Part shown: positions 50,686-58,882 of the stretch, piece after piece
Layout of the letters: each line of letters begins with the position of its first letter
How positions within the stretch are numbered: the stretch's first letter is position 1
IMG/VR virus record: IMGVR_UViG_3300028887_000002
Location: 148,278-212,277 of that record
Origin: a virus
Taxonomy: Duplodnaviria > Heunggongvirae > Uroviricota > Caudoviricetes
Direction: 5' to 3' (one strand)
DNA length: 64,000 nucleotides
Notes under the pieces: generated by a model
Database searches by the model: none
The model's input: the letters and a program-made list of their open reading frames with translations, nothing else
Told to the model about the DNA's origin: nothing
Translations under genes and position numbers: made by a program

Positions 50686-50851
50686 CAGTTCAAATAATAT
50701 AAGAGAGAATATTGAGGCGTTGCAGGCTGAAATAGACCAGCAATACGAGGATTCCTATGGAAATCCCGACAAGAAGAAGATTCTTGACCTTGCAAACCGA
50801 ATAATGGTTCAAGGTTTGAAACTGAATGCAAAAAATTGTCAAAGATTTTAG
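50675..50851 (+). CDS. Small hypothetical protein (58 aa), not in ORF track
   Basis: Manually translated MLSDSSNNIRENIEALQAEIDQQYEDSYGNPDKKKILDLANRIMVQGLKLNAKNCQRF*; it fills the gap exactly. Confidence 0.5.
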   Translation: MLSDSSNNIRENIEALQAEIDQQYEDSYGNPDKKKILDLANRIMVQGLKLNAKNCQRF

Positions 50852-50872
50852 GTGAAATCTGATTTTACGATA

Positions 50873-50879
50873 TATTTAT
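50873..50879 (+). promoter_or_regulatory. Putative late promoter element TATTTAT
   Basis: ATATATTTATAAATA, 20 nt before ATG 50900. Confidence 0.6.
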
Positions 50880-50899
50880 AAATAAAAATTATTAGTACG

Positions 50900-51736
50900 A
50901 TGATAACAAGAAGAATCCCGATAACAGAACTCGCCCAGATTTTAATGGAGAGTACACAGAATGCATCCGAACCGAAGTTGGGCAAGAACGTTGCAAGTGA
51001 CGACAAGAAGAACAACGAAAAGGGTGTAAAGGACATGATGAAGGCAACAGCAGACTACAATAAGGTCGCTGAAAGAAATACCGAACCCGAAAACGAGAAC
51101 GGTATTGACTACAACTGCACTACACTTGAATACAGGTTCACTTCAGAACCCCCGAAGTCTTATAAGGACAGGGTAAAGAACCTTGCAGTAAACGGAAACC
51201 TCACCAACGACACTGATGAATCTCAAAGTACCAAGGGTAACGAGAAGTTCTATAACAACCGCAAGGAAATATCGAACAAGCGTGAAACCGAACGTAAGAA
51301 AAAGGCTGACGCTGGCTTGGTAGGCAGGGAACTGAAGGACGATGAGCAATATAGCCACAAGTCGTTCACTGTTTTTGCCGAAAGTGCCAACAAGGTAACA
51401 AAAAGACTTCATTTCAAGAACACCACATTCCTCACGGAGGCAGACCTTCTGAAGAGAATCCCCGATGACTACAAGAGAAAGGACGAGGTATTCTGCGTAA
51501 AGGACGCAAGCGGAACCGAATATATGCTCGAATGCAAGATTGACCCGACCTTCAAGATACCGCAGTTAAAGGTTATAGGTTCAATCAACGACAAGGTTAT
51601 CAATGAACAGTTCGACAGAATAAATCAACTTTCATCATATGACAGGAGCGACTTTAAGAATAACAGTGCTTCATGCAACGACAAGGTTAGTGAGATGCAC
51701 GAAATGCTTGAGGCTGTAAGACGCTGTCAAAAATAA
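50900..51736 (+). CDS. Charged hypothetical protein with multiple xxE sites (putative head/scaffold-associated)
   Basis: IPITELAQILMES, VFAES..., INEQFDRINQL; follows a TATTTAT element. Confidence 0.55.
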   Translation: MITRRIPITELAQILMESTQNASEPKLGKNVASDDKKNNEKGVKDMMKATADYNKVAERNTEPENENGIDYNCTTLEYRFTSEPPKSYKDRVKNLAVNGNLTNDTDESQSTKGNEKFYNNRKEISNKRETERKKKADAGLVGRELKDDEQYSHKSFTVFAESANKVTKRLHFKNTTFLTEADLLKRIPDDYKRKDEVFCVKDASGTEYMLECKIDPTFKIPQLKVIGSINDKVINEQFDRINQLSSYDRSDFKNNSASCNDKVSEMHEMLEAVRRCQK

Positions 51737-51766
51737 AGGTAATATCAAAAGGAAGGTACTTGGGAA

Positions 51767-52165
51767 ATGACAACACTTGAAATCATATTGACATTCGTAA
51801 GTTCAATTATTGTAACCTTACTTGGTGGACAGTCAATCTTGTTCTACAGGCAAAACAAGAAGATGAAGAAACTTGAAAATAAAGAAAAGGAGATTAGCAA
51901 TGACGCAAAGGTTTCCGATGGCTGGCAGGAATATGTCACTGAACTCAAAGGTGAAAAAAAGGAACTGAAGGATGAAATAGAGATGTTAAAGAGGGAACAT
52001 AACGAAGAAAAGGAGAAACTTGAAAAGACCATCAGTGACTATCGTGACAAATATTATGCTTGCCGTGAGGAAAAGGAATCACTAAAAGTTGAAAACGTCA
52101 AACTCACCCTTCTCAAGTGTGAAATTCCGAGTTGCCCCACAAGAAAACCACCTTCAGGATATTAA
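51767..52165 (+). CDS. Holin-like membrane protein (N-terminal TM plus coiled coil)
   Basis: MTTLEIILTFVSSIIVTLLGG TM segment, coiled coil, and C-terminal CEIPSCPTRKPP. Confidence 0.45.
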   Translation: MTTLEIILTFVSSIIVTLLGGQSILFYRQNKKMKKLENKEKEISNDAKVSDGWQEYVTELKGEKKELKDEIEMLKREHNEEKEKLEKTISDYRDKYYACREEKESLKVENVKLTLLKCEIPSCPTRKPPSGY

Positions 52166-52190
52166 ATAATAATAATAAAATAATTGACTT

Positions 52191-52562
52191 ATGAAACGAA
52201 CAATTAAACTCACAGAAAACGATTTAAAAAATGTAGTTAAAAAGGTTATTAATGAAATGGTTGATAATTCAATATTTCAGCAGTTTGACGACCATGGCGA
52301 TTTTTATTCGGGCTTAGCATATGTTTATAAGAATGGTTGTGGATATAATTATATAAAAAGTAATGGTCAATTACTATTTCCTAACAAATGGTTACAATGG
52401 GCATGGGATTTTAGTCCTAATGGAAAAGCAAGAGTAAGATACAATGATGAAGAATTTTTAATAAATACAAAAGGTGAAGTTCTTGACTATAATGGCACGG
52501 TAGATAATAATAAATTATTGGAAGAGGCGATTACCCGCGCAATTCGCAAACTCTTGCGTTAA
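52191..52562 (+). CDS. LTE-leader protein with WG repeat
   Basis: MKRTIKLTENDLKNVVKKVINE; FYSGLAYV.....YNYI...GQLLFPNKW; C-terminal LEEAITRAIRKLLR. Confidence 0.7.
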   Translation: MKRTIKLTENDLKNVVKKVINEMVDNSIFQQFDDHGDFYSGLAYVYKNGCGYNYIKSNGQLLFPNKWLQWAWDFSPNGKARVRYNDEEFLINTKGEVLDYNGTVDNNKLLEEAITRAIRKLLR

Positions 52563-52590
52563 TAATGATTGAATTTTTCTACTAGGTAAC

Positions 52591-52623
52591 AAAAAATCGA
52601 CCCAGCAAGGTTGATTTTTTTTT
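52591..52623 (+). terminator. Intrinsic terminator (possibly bidirectional)
   Basis: AAAAAATCGACC-cagcaa-GGTTGATTTTTT. Confidence 0.7.
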
Positions 52624-52659
52624 CTTATAGGGCTATTTTCATAGAAAAGATTTTAAAAG

Positions 52660-52839
52660 ATGGTAAAATTCATTTTAATATTCATATTGGTAATGGCATC
52701 TTTGGATATTACCAACGAGTTAAAAGAAATCGTCATCTGTTTCATCAAGGAACGGAAATACGAACTTTCAATAACGAGAAGGCTTTTCAGTTGGGCTTCG
52801 ATTGCCTACATATTAACAATCATAATTGTGGGGATATAA
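52660..52839 (+). CDS. Small two-TM membrane protein (59 aa), not in ORF track
   Basis: Manually translated MVKFILIFILVMASLDITNELKEIVICFIKERKYELSITRRLFSWASIAYILTIIIVGI*; stop 4 nt before the next ATG. Confidence 0.55.
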   Translation: MVKFILIFILVMASLDITNELKEIVICFIKERKYELSITRRLFSWASIAYILTIIIVGI

Positions 52840-52843
52840 TAGC

Positions 52844-53389
52844 ATGGGAAAGGAATTTAATGAAAGGATTGCTGAATTGTCCAAATACGGCATTTCGGTC
52901 AATGTATACGAGGGCAATTTCATTGTAAGTATCAGTTACCCTGTGGAGTGGAACATACTCAACCCCAAGGACAAGAACATCCTCATGTCACAGGCTGAGA
53001 ATAACCACCACCTGTTCTATTATGCAATGTCTTGCCAGTATGATATCGGTTTGATATTTGACACGATTGAAGGTACAATTGGCTATAACAAGGCTATTGA
53101 AATGAAGATTTCCCTTTTTAAGGAAAAGGTTGCGGAACTACAAGGGATATTTGCAGAAACCGACTACAATGAACTCAAGCAGTTGCAGTTCGTACTGCCG
53201 AAACCTCAGAAGAAGAGAGGTCGCAAGAAAAGCACCGAAAAGGTTGAAAAGGAAGAGGTCGTGGAACCTACAACTGAACCAACGGTTGAAACGGAAGAAC
53301 CTACAGAACAGCCGACAACCAACCCAGACGCATCGGAAATAGATGCAAAGGTTGCAATGGCACTGAAACAAACTAAATCAAGAAAATAA
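52844..53389 (+). CDS. Hypothetical protein
   Basis: ATG 52844 (MGKEFNERIAEL...); coiled coil followed by basic and Pro/Thr-rich segments. Confidence 0.6.
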   Translation: MGKEFNERIAELSKYGISVNVYEGNFIVSISYPVEWNILNPKDKNILMSQAENNHHLFYYAMSCQYDIGLIFDTIEGTIGYNKAIEMKISLFKEKVAELQGIFAETDYNELKQLQFVLPKPQKKRGRKKSTEKVEKEEVVEPTTEPTVETEEPTEQPTTNPDASEIDAKVAMALKQTKSRK

Positions 53390-53401
53390 AAACATACGAT
53401 T

Positions 53402-53806
53402 ATGAAAGAACTTATTATTGTGATAGCATACGTAATAGCGACATACGGATTGTCGGAGATGGTCGTCTTCGGGTACGGCCCGTTCGGTGTGTTCGAGAAA
53501 TGGCGTTCCCTTACTTCACGCATCAGTTACGGACTTGGGAAACTTTTCTCCTGCATGTTGTGCTTCCCCACGTGGGTTGGGCTTGGATTCAGCCTGTTGA
53601 ACATGTTTGCCTTCCCTATGTTCCCAATCACGCCGTTTATGGTCATATTGGGCGACACTATTGCGACAAACGCTGGCATGATGGTGGTAATCGCATTTAT
53701 GGATATGCTGTTCACCGCAGGGTCGTGCTGGATGCTCTATACGGTTGAGGATGCGCTTGAACGCAGTGGAAACGTTGAATATGAAGAAACTATAACTGAA
53801 GAATAG
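53402..53806 (+). CDS. Membrane protein, DUF1360-like
   Basis: Three hydrophobic segments and GKLFSCMLCFPTWVG (CxxC..xW). Confidence 0.6.
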   Translation: MKELIIVIAYVIATYGLSEMVVFGYGPFGVFEKWRSLTSRISYGLGKLFSCMLCFPTWVGLGFSLLNMFAFPMFPITPFMVILGDTIATNAGMMVVIAFMDMLFTAGSCWMLYTVEDALERSGNVEYEETITEE

Positions 53807-53814
53807 TTTGGCCT

Positions 53815-54060
53815 ATGGATGAGATTGAACGTGAAATACAGATTGCGAATACCGAACTTGAAACCCACAGGTATCTTACTGAAAAGACAAGGGACAATTT
53901 TGCAAACGAACTCCTTTCATACGACAGGGGCATGCTTGTCAAATCCTTTACAACCACGCCTCAGAAGTTCAAGAAGCCGAGGTCGGTGAGAAGGAAGGAA
54001 AGATGGGAACGCTTCATAATGAAACTTAAAAAGATTTTTGGAAATGACGGAACTGAGTGA
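53815..54060 (+). CDS. Hypothetical protein
   Basis: 81-aa ORF, tightly packed in the operon. Confidence 0.55.
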   Translation: MDEIEREIQIANTELETHRYLTEKTRDNFANELLSYDRGMLVKSFTTTPQKFKKPRSVRRKERWERFIMKLKKIFGNDGTE

Positions 54061-54310
54061 CCTTTATAACATAGCAAGCGCAGTTGACAGGGGACTGCTG
54101 GACTACAACGTAAAGAACCTCCGCGACATAAGGGGCGACATAACTATAAACATCAACCTGCCGAAGATTGAGGTACTTAACATAAACGCCGAGATATACG
54201 AGGCCAAGAACCATACACGGCTTGGTTGCGAAGACTGCGATGAACTCGAAATGTGGATTAACAGAATACATTTCATCATCACGACCAAAGAAGAGGAAAA
54301 GGAGGAATAA
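54044..54310 (+). CDS. Hypothetical protein
   Basis: ATG 54044 overlaps the upstream stop region. Confidence 0.55.
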   Translation: MTELSDLYNIASAVDRGLLDYNVKNLRDIRGDITININLPKIEVLNINAEIYEAKNHTRLGCEDCDELEMWINRIHFIITTKEEEKEE

Positions 54311-54329
54311 CTAACTTAATATTTTTGAT

Positions 54330-54599
54330 ATGAGAAAGATAATACAACTAACTGAATCCGACTTGCAAAATATAGTCACGGAATCCGTAAAGAGAATATT
54401 GACTGAAAATGATGACAATTCCAATAACCCCGAAAACCTTCCAAGATTAGCAGAACTTGGTGATGGTACTTATGATGGAACTTTGAAGGCTCATTGTTTC
54501 AATTATAACGGAAAAGACTATTGGTTGGAAACTGGAATTCGCACAATGATACCACAACCGTGGACGGTCACTATCAAAAATGGAAAAGTAGTGAAATAG
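54330..54599 (+). CDS. Small LTE-leader protein
   Basis: MRKIIQLTESDLQNIVTESVKRILTE followed by a ~60-aa beta-rich cargo. Confidence 0.7.
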   Translation: MRKIIQLTESDLQNIVTESVKRILTENDDNSNNPENLPRLAELGDGTYDGTLKAHCFNYNGKDYWLETGIRTMIPQPWTVTIKNGKVVK

Positions 54600-54620
54600 T
54601 GAACAATGATAACAAACATA

Positions 54621-54658
54621 AAAAAAGCACCCCAAACCAACGAGGTGCTTTTCTTTTT
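54621..54658. terminator. Bidirectional terminator between convergent genes
   Basis: AAAAGCACC-ccaaaccaacga-GGTGCTTTT with A and T runs on both sides. Confidence 0.7.
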
Positions 54659-54672
54659 ACGCCAAATTATTT

Positions 54673-55458
54673 TCAATTTACATTTGTCCATCCAGTCTTT
54701 TCGATAATCTTCGCCTTCAATTCCTTTTGGAAAACGTCGCTTATGGTACTTATGAATAGTAGGTTGGGGTGTTCCTTGCAGCGTTCCTTTAATATGTAGA
54801 AGAGTTCGTCTCTCAGGTCAAGCGACTTTATCCTTATGATGTCGAAATCATCATCGTTCATAACAATTATGTTTTTCTTGTATGGAATAACCCTCTTAAT
54901 GTTATCTTTGTCCAACAATATGTTATCAACAATCCATTCGGCGTTTTTCTTGTCGTTATATGGGTCATATCCATAGACAACGAATGTTTCAGGGAGAAAC
55001 CATTTTTCTTTTTTCACGATAGCGAAGTCAATCCTGTCGGTAAATGTATCCACGAGTCTGTCGTTTTCGTCACGGAACTGCCTTATGCCGTCATCCTCAT
55101 TGGGGTCAATTTTCTTCAGCAACAGCAGTTCGTACTTTACCTTGTCGCTGTCACGGGTTGCCTTTACGGGACATAGGGTGTCGTGGTTTTCTTTTACGAG
55201 TTTGTCGAATCTATCAAAAGCGGTGCTACGCCACATCTGCCCCACTTTCATAAGTTTTTTAATCTCCTGGTTGTCCTTTGCAAGTATGATGGAATACACG
55301 CCCTTGGTGTCGTTTATGCTTTCGTGGTACTTCTTGTTTGCCTCGCTCTTCTTCTTGTCCCACTTCTTCATATACTGTCGGTGGTGCTTGCGGGCATGTT
55401 CAAGTGCCTTCTTGTGACGGCGGGCTTTCTCCCTTTCCTTCCTTATTGACTCTCTCAT
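54673..55458 (-). CDS. Hypothetical protein (basic N-terminus)
   Basis: ATG at 55458 (MRESIRKEREKARRHKK...) is preferred to TTG 55509. Confidence 0.6.
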   Translation of the reverse strand: MRESIRKEREKARRHKKALEHARKHHRQYMKKWDKKKSEANKKYHESINDTKGVYSIILAKDNQEIKKLMKVGQMWRSTAFDRFDKLVKENHDTLCPVKATRDSDKVKYELLLLKKIDPNEDDGIRQFRDENDRLVDTFTDRIDFAIVKKEKWFLPETFVVYGYDPYNDKKNAEWIVDNILLDKDNIKRVIPYKKNIIVMNDDDFDIIRIKSLDLRDELFYILKERCKEHPNLLFISTISDVFQKELKAKIIEKTGWTNVN

Positions 55459-55509
55459 TGTAAAATAATATTTTGCATTAAATATAGGGAAAAATTGGAA
55501 ATTTCTCAA

Positions 55510-55516
55510 TATTTAT
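55510..55516 (+). promoter_or_regulatory. Putative late promoter element TATTTAT
   Basis: AATATTTATATAT, 28 nt before ATG 55545. Confidence 0.5.
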
Positions 55517-55544
55517 ATATTATAATAATTAAGAATTTGGAAAT

Positions 55545-57338
55545 ATGAACGGACACGGACTGTTTGACAGATATATGGATGACAATACCTTAAGGCTGTT
55601 GTCGGAAGACATTGAGGAGGTATACGATTTCCCTCGCAAGGCTGATACTGACGATATCCCAGAAAATGTTAAGGAAGAACTCACTGATGATGTAGATACG
55701 CTCACTAATAAGGTGTCTGAAATGAATAATACACCAGATGAATATGATAACGAAGAAGTATATAGTGAACTCGATGTGGTTAGAAATATTTTAGAATATA
55801 AAATGGGCTACAAGTTATGTACCGACAGGCTTTCAGCCATTGAACAACTTAATCCGAGGATAATAGTGAAGCGTGTCGCTGACAGTGACCTGATACCAAG
55901 GAAAAATATCGGCGAACCGAACGAGGAGAATATAGAAAGCATTTCAACCAAGATATTCAAACCAGAAAACATAAACAAATTGAGACAAATTAGCAAGGAA
56001 TATAATATTTCGGATGAAGAATTTGAAGATTTTTTAATCTCAAAAGGTTATGGTACTGGTCTGCATAGCGCGTCATTCAAAAGTAAATATACGCCACGAG
56101 AAGCAAAGGAGTCAAAGTTAGTTGCAGTGCCCGAACCCATTAAAATAAAAACCAATGGAAAGATTGACGGTAGTGGAAACTTCGCATATTATGAACTCGA
56201 AGACAACAATAAGATTGGCAAGAAAATAGTCAGTCCAGTCGGACGTTTCAACGGTTCATACATTAGTACTGGCAACAACTTTGTGGATGAAACAACCAAT
56301 ACAACATTTCATATTTTTAGGAAAGAAACTTCAGCCGACTACTTATACGGATATTTTAGAGACCGTGAGAAGGGGGATGAAGGATTATCAGAAAAGGATG
56401 TTGAAACGCAAATTGGTGGAAATGAAATGTGGAAGCAGAGGCTTGGAAATGCACTGCAAAAACATTCGATTATGAAAGGCGACCGTAAAGCCAATTCACA
56501 ATATTACCCATTCACATACAAGGATTATTTCTTTGTAAAGGATATTGACGGAACTTATGTTTGTATCAGGGTAGTGACCGCGCAAAGCAAACTGGGATAT
56601 CGTGAAAAAGGACAGTTAATGTATAAGGCTAAAAGTATTGATGTCGTTTACCTTGAAGGCTATATATTGCAAACTCCGCCACCATCAGCACTTGAAGATG
56701 AAACTGGTAATGACAAATCAATGTCCGAGGCAAAATTGATACGATACATAGATGACACTATAGCATATATCAGTTCTAACGAGTCCATTGACCCACGAAC
56801 ACCTGATTATAAGGGGTTTGTTGCTGACCCCAACAAGTATTGGGTCAAGATGGATAGTTTTATAAATTCAACCACTGTTATGATTAACACACTTGCCGCA
56901 TTTAGGGCAATATTCAAGCATATTGATATGAATATCGAAGACGCCAAAAATCTGCCTGACAGCGAAAAGTCTATGTATTATAGGGCTGAGATAAACCTAA
57001 AGAACCCTGAAAGGCTAAAAAATTATCTTTATGATTTCCAAAAACACTTTTATGGCGGTAACTGGCGCAAGATTGAAGGAATTGACCAGTATGCCAACAA
57101 CCCGAAAGTTTATGTCATAGTCCGCAGATGGTGTATACGACAATTGGAAGTTATAAAGAGTTTGGTTAAAAGAGATAAACCTAACTACGATGATGCTATT
57201 AGGACAAACCCAAAACAATTCGAAAAGTCCATTTGGAAACTTTATGGGTCTGACATCTCCATTGGCGATAACACTACTTCGCAAGGCCAAGATGTCATGG
57301 AGTCGATAAGACGCAGGTTGCTTGAATATTGCGACTAA
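55545..57338 (+). CDS. Large hypothetical protein with LSE site and C-terminal tag (putative head-internal)
   Basis: LRLLSEDIEE near the N-terminus and VMESIRRRLLE at the C-terminus. Confidence 0.55.
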   Translation: MNGHGLFDRYMDDNTLRLLSEDIEEVYDFPRKADTDDIPENVKEELTDDVDTLTNKVSEMNNTPDEYDNEEVYSELDVVRNILEYKMGYKLCTDRLSAIEQLNPRIIVKRVADSDLIPRKNIGEPNEENIESISTKIFKPENINKLRQISKEYNISDEEFEDFLISKGYGTGLHSASFKSKYTPREAKESKLVAVPEPIKIKTNGKIDGSGNFAYYELEDNNKIGKKIVSPVGRFNGSYISTGNNFVDETTNTTFHIFRKETSADYLYGYFRDREKGDEGLSEKDVETQIGGNEMWKQRLGNALQKHSIMKGDRKANSQYYPFTYKDYFFVKDIDGTYVCIRVVTAQSKLGYREKGQLMYKAKSIDVVYLEGYILQTPPPSALEDETGNDKSMSEAKLIRYIDDTIAYISSNESIDPRTPDYKGFVADPNKYWVKMDSFINSTTVMINTLAAFRAIFKHIDMNIEDAKNLPDSEKSMYYRAEINLKNPERLKNYLYDFQKHFYGGNWRKIEGIDQYANNPKVYVIVRRWCIRQLEVIKSLVKRDKPNYDDAIRTNPKQFEKSIWKLYGSDISIGDNTTSQGQDVMESIRRRLLEYCD

Positions 57339-57365
57339 TATCTGAAAGAAATTTTTCAAAAATTA

Positions 57366-57397
57366 TTTGCAACTTCCAAAAACTTCCATTACCTTTG
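57366..57397 (+). promoter_or_regulatory. Bacteroidota-type promoter (TTTG-N20-TACCTTTG)
   Basis: TTTG at 57366-57369 and TACCTTTG at 57390-57397, followed by CA. Confidence 0.8.
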
Positions 57398-57425
57398 CAC
57401 CATCAAACTTTAATTTTTAAGAAAG

Positions 57426-57887
57426 ATGGCAAAATTATCAGAATTATCAGAAGACAATGTAAAGATTGTCAACGATGTAATTGACGAACGTGACCTTAAC
57501 AGGTATATGGAGTTCAAGTTGTTTTCAATTTCGAAGATGGCTAGTGTAATAAAGGTGAACAAGGCGAGTGCGCAGACTGAAGCAATAGCAAAGAAGCAGG
57601 ACTTGTGCGTCATAACCATTTATGAGGAAGCATTTGACCGCCTTGACGAGCCGTCAAAGAAACTCATCGTGGAGAATGCAATATCACAGGTCGGCTACGA
57701 TACCGAGAAGGGTCGCATCATCATAACCCAGCCCGACATCTGCGTGACCTCTGGCGCAAGACAAATCTACGGGGACGCACTTCTCAACGCAGTCGAATCG
57801 TCGTCGCTTGCAATACAGCAGATTGCAGACGAGGAGAAGGAAAGGAAGGAATCCAAGAAGAGAGGAAGCAAGAATGCAGAACAATAG
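57426..57887 (+). CDS. Phage metallopeptidase-like protein lacking HExxH
   Basis: VITIYEEAFDRLDEPSKKLIVENAISQV...I.QPDI parallels the W..L...QK.AL.DHEL.H pattern of phage metallopeptidase-like proteins. Confidence 0.45.
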   Translation: MAKLSELSEDNVKIVNDVIDERDLNRYMEFKLFSISKMASVIKVNKASAQTEAIAKKQDLCVITIYEEAFDRLDEPSKKLIVENAISQVGYDTEKGRIIITQPDICVTSGARQIYGDALLNAVESSSLAIQQIADEEKERKESKKRGSKNAEQ

Positions 57888-58068
57888 CAATAATAGCATT
57901 GACGACAGTCCTGCCGCCGACTTCATAAGGGACGCCTGTGACGAATTCCTGAGAACAATGCCGTCAATATCCGATGATATGGGCAAGGTCATTGAGGAGG
58001 AAAAGAGAAAAATGCTTGAGGATTTCCAGAAGCAGAAAAAAGAAAAAGCGGATGAACCGTCTGATTAG
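57874..58068 (+). CDS. Small hypothetical protein
   Basis: ATG 57874 overlaps the upstream stop; 64 aa. Confidence 0.5.
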   Translation: MQNNSNNSIDDSPAADFIRDACDEFLRTMPSISDDMGKVIEEEKRKMLEDFQKQKKEKADEPSD

Positions 58069-58205
58069 CGGGCGGTTCTCCTTATGATACGCCTGGTTAC
58101 CCTGTTGATGTTACGGTCTTGGGGTGACGGTACTGGTGTCGGGTTCTTTACGATTTTCTTCGGCTGTACCGCCAGGACTTTTGCTCTACCACAATTACAA
58201 GCCAT
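58065..58205 (-). CDS. Small basic protein with N-terminal MACNC
   Basis: MACNCGRAKVLAVQPKKIVKNPTPVPSPQDRNINRVTRRIIRRTAR; preceded by a TATTTAT element. Confidence 0.6.
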   Translation of the reverse strand: MACNCGRAKVLAVQPKKIVKNPTPVPSPQDRNINRVTRRIIRRTAR

Positions 58206-58231
58206 AGTTAATTCAATTTTTTTTCTATGAT

Positions 58232-58238
58232 ATAAATA
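58232..58238 (-). promoter_or_regulatory. Putative late promoter element TATTTAT
   Basis: CACTATTTATAT on the minus strand, 26 nt before ATG 58205. Confidence 0.6.
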
Positions 58239-58275
58239 GTGAGGTGGTTGAAAAGTTTGAAAGAAAAAGTTATAA

Positions 58276-58310
58276 TGAACTACCCCCACCTGAAGGAAGG
58301 GGACTTCTTG
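58276..58310. mobile_element. Orphan IS200/IS605-family terminal hairpin (relic)
   Basis: TGAACTACCCCCACCTGAAGGAAGGGGACTTCTTG resembles the (G/T)NAACTACCCC..CTNAAG..GGGG.CTT ends of IS200/IS605 elements. No tnpA, tnpB or iscB is adjacent. Confidence 0.6.
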
Positions 58311-58343
58311 CCCGTATTATTAAATAAAAATTAATAAGAAAAT

Positions 58344-58871
58344 ATGTCAATAATTTTTAACAAATATGAAAACAAAATCGACCATTCGTGGTACGATTCA
58401 AGCAACGTGATTTACAGCGCCTGCTACGACAGCGATACTGCCAACAAGACATTGAAGGTTGTTTTCAAGAACGGCGGAACATACCTCTACAAGGACGTTT
58501 CGGTGGACGACTACATACAGTTCAAGATGGCTGAATCCAACGGTTCTACTTTCAACAAGTTGATAAAGAAGTACAAGACCGTAAGGCTTTCGGACACCGA
58601 CATGGCAAAACTGGAGGAAAAGAAAACCCAACTTATCAACGAAAGCAATGAGGTATCAGAAATAACATCCAAGTTATCATACACCCTGCAACTTGACAAC
58701 AACAACGGTAATTTCAGACTGCTTCTCAACGGAAAGCCCATATTCGAGGGGGTTGAGGAACACGTATCAATTGTAAGGCTTCTGAAGTCTATGGGTATTA
58801 CATACAACGCGGAAGTCACTGAAATCAGCCAGACCACAGAGGAGGACTTTGAAAGGGCATCTATTATATAG
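58344..58871 (+). CDS. KTSC-domain protein with C-terminal extension
   Basis: DSSNV..ACYD....TLKVVFKNGGTYLYKDV....Y..F..AES.GS.FNK.IK. Confidence 0.75.
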   Translation: MSIIFNKYENKIDHSWYDSSNVIYSACYDSDTANKTLKVVFKNGGTYLYKDVSVDDYIQFKMAESNGSTFNKLIKKYKTVRLSDTDMAKLEEKKTQLINESNEVSEITSKLSYTLQLDNNNGNFRLLLNGKPIFEGVEEHVSIVRLLKSMGITYNAEVTEISQTTEEDFERASII

Positions 58872-58882
58872 TCGATGCCTTG

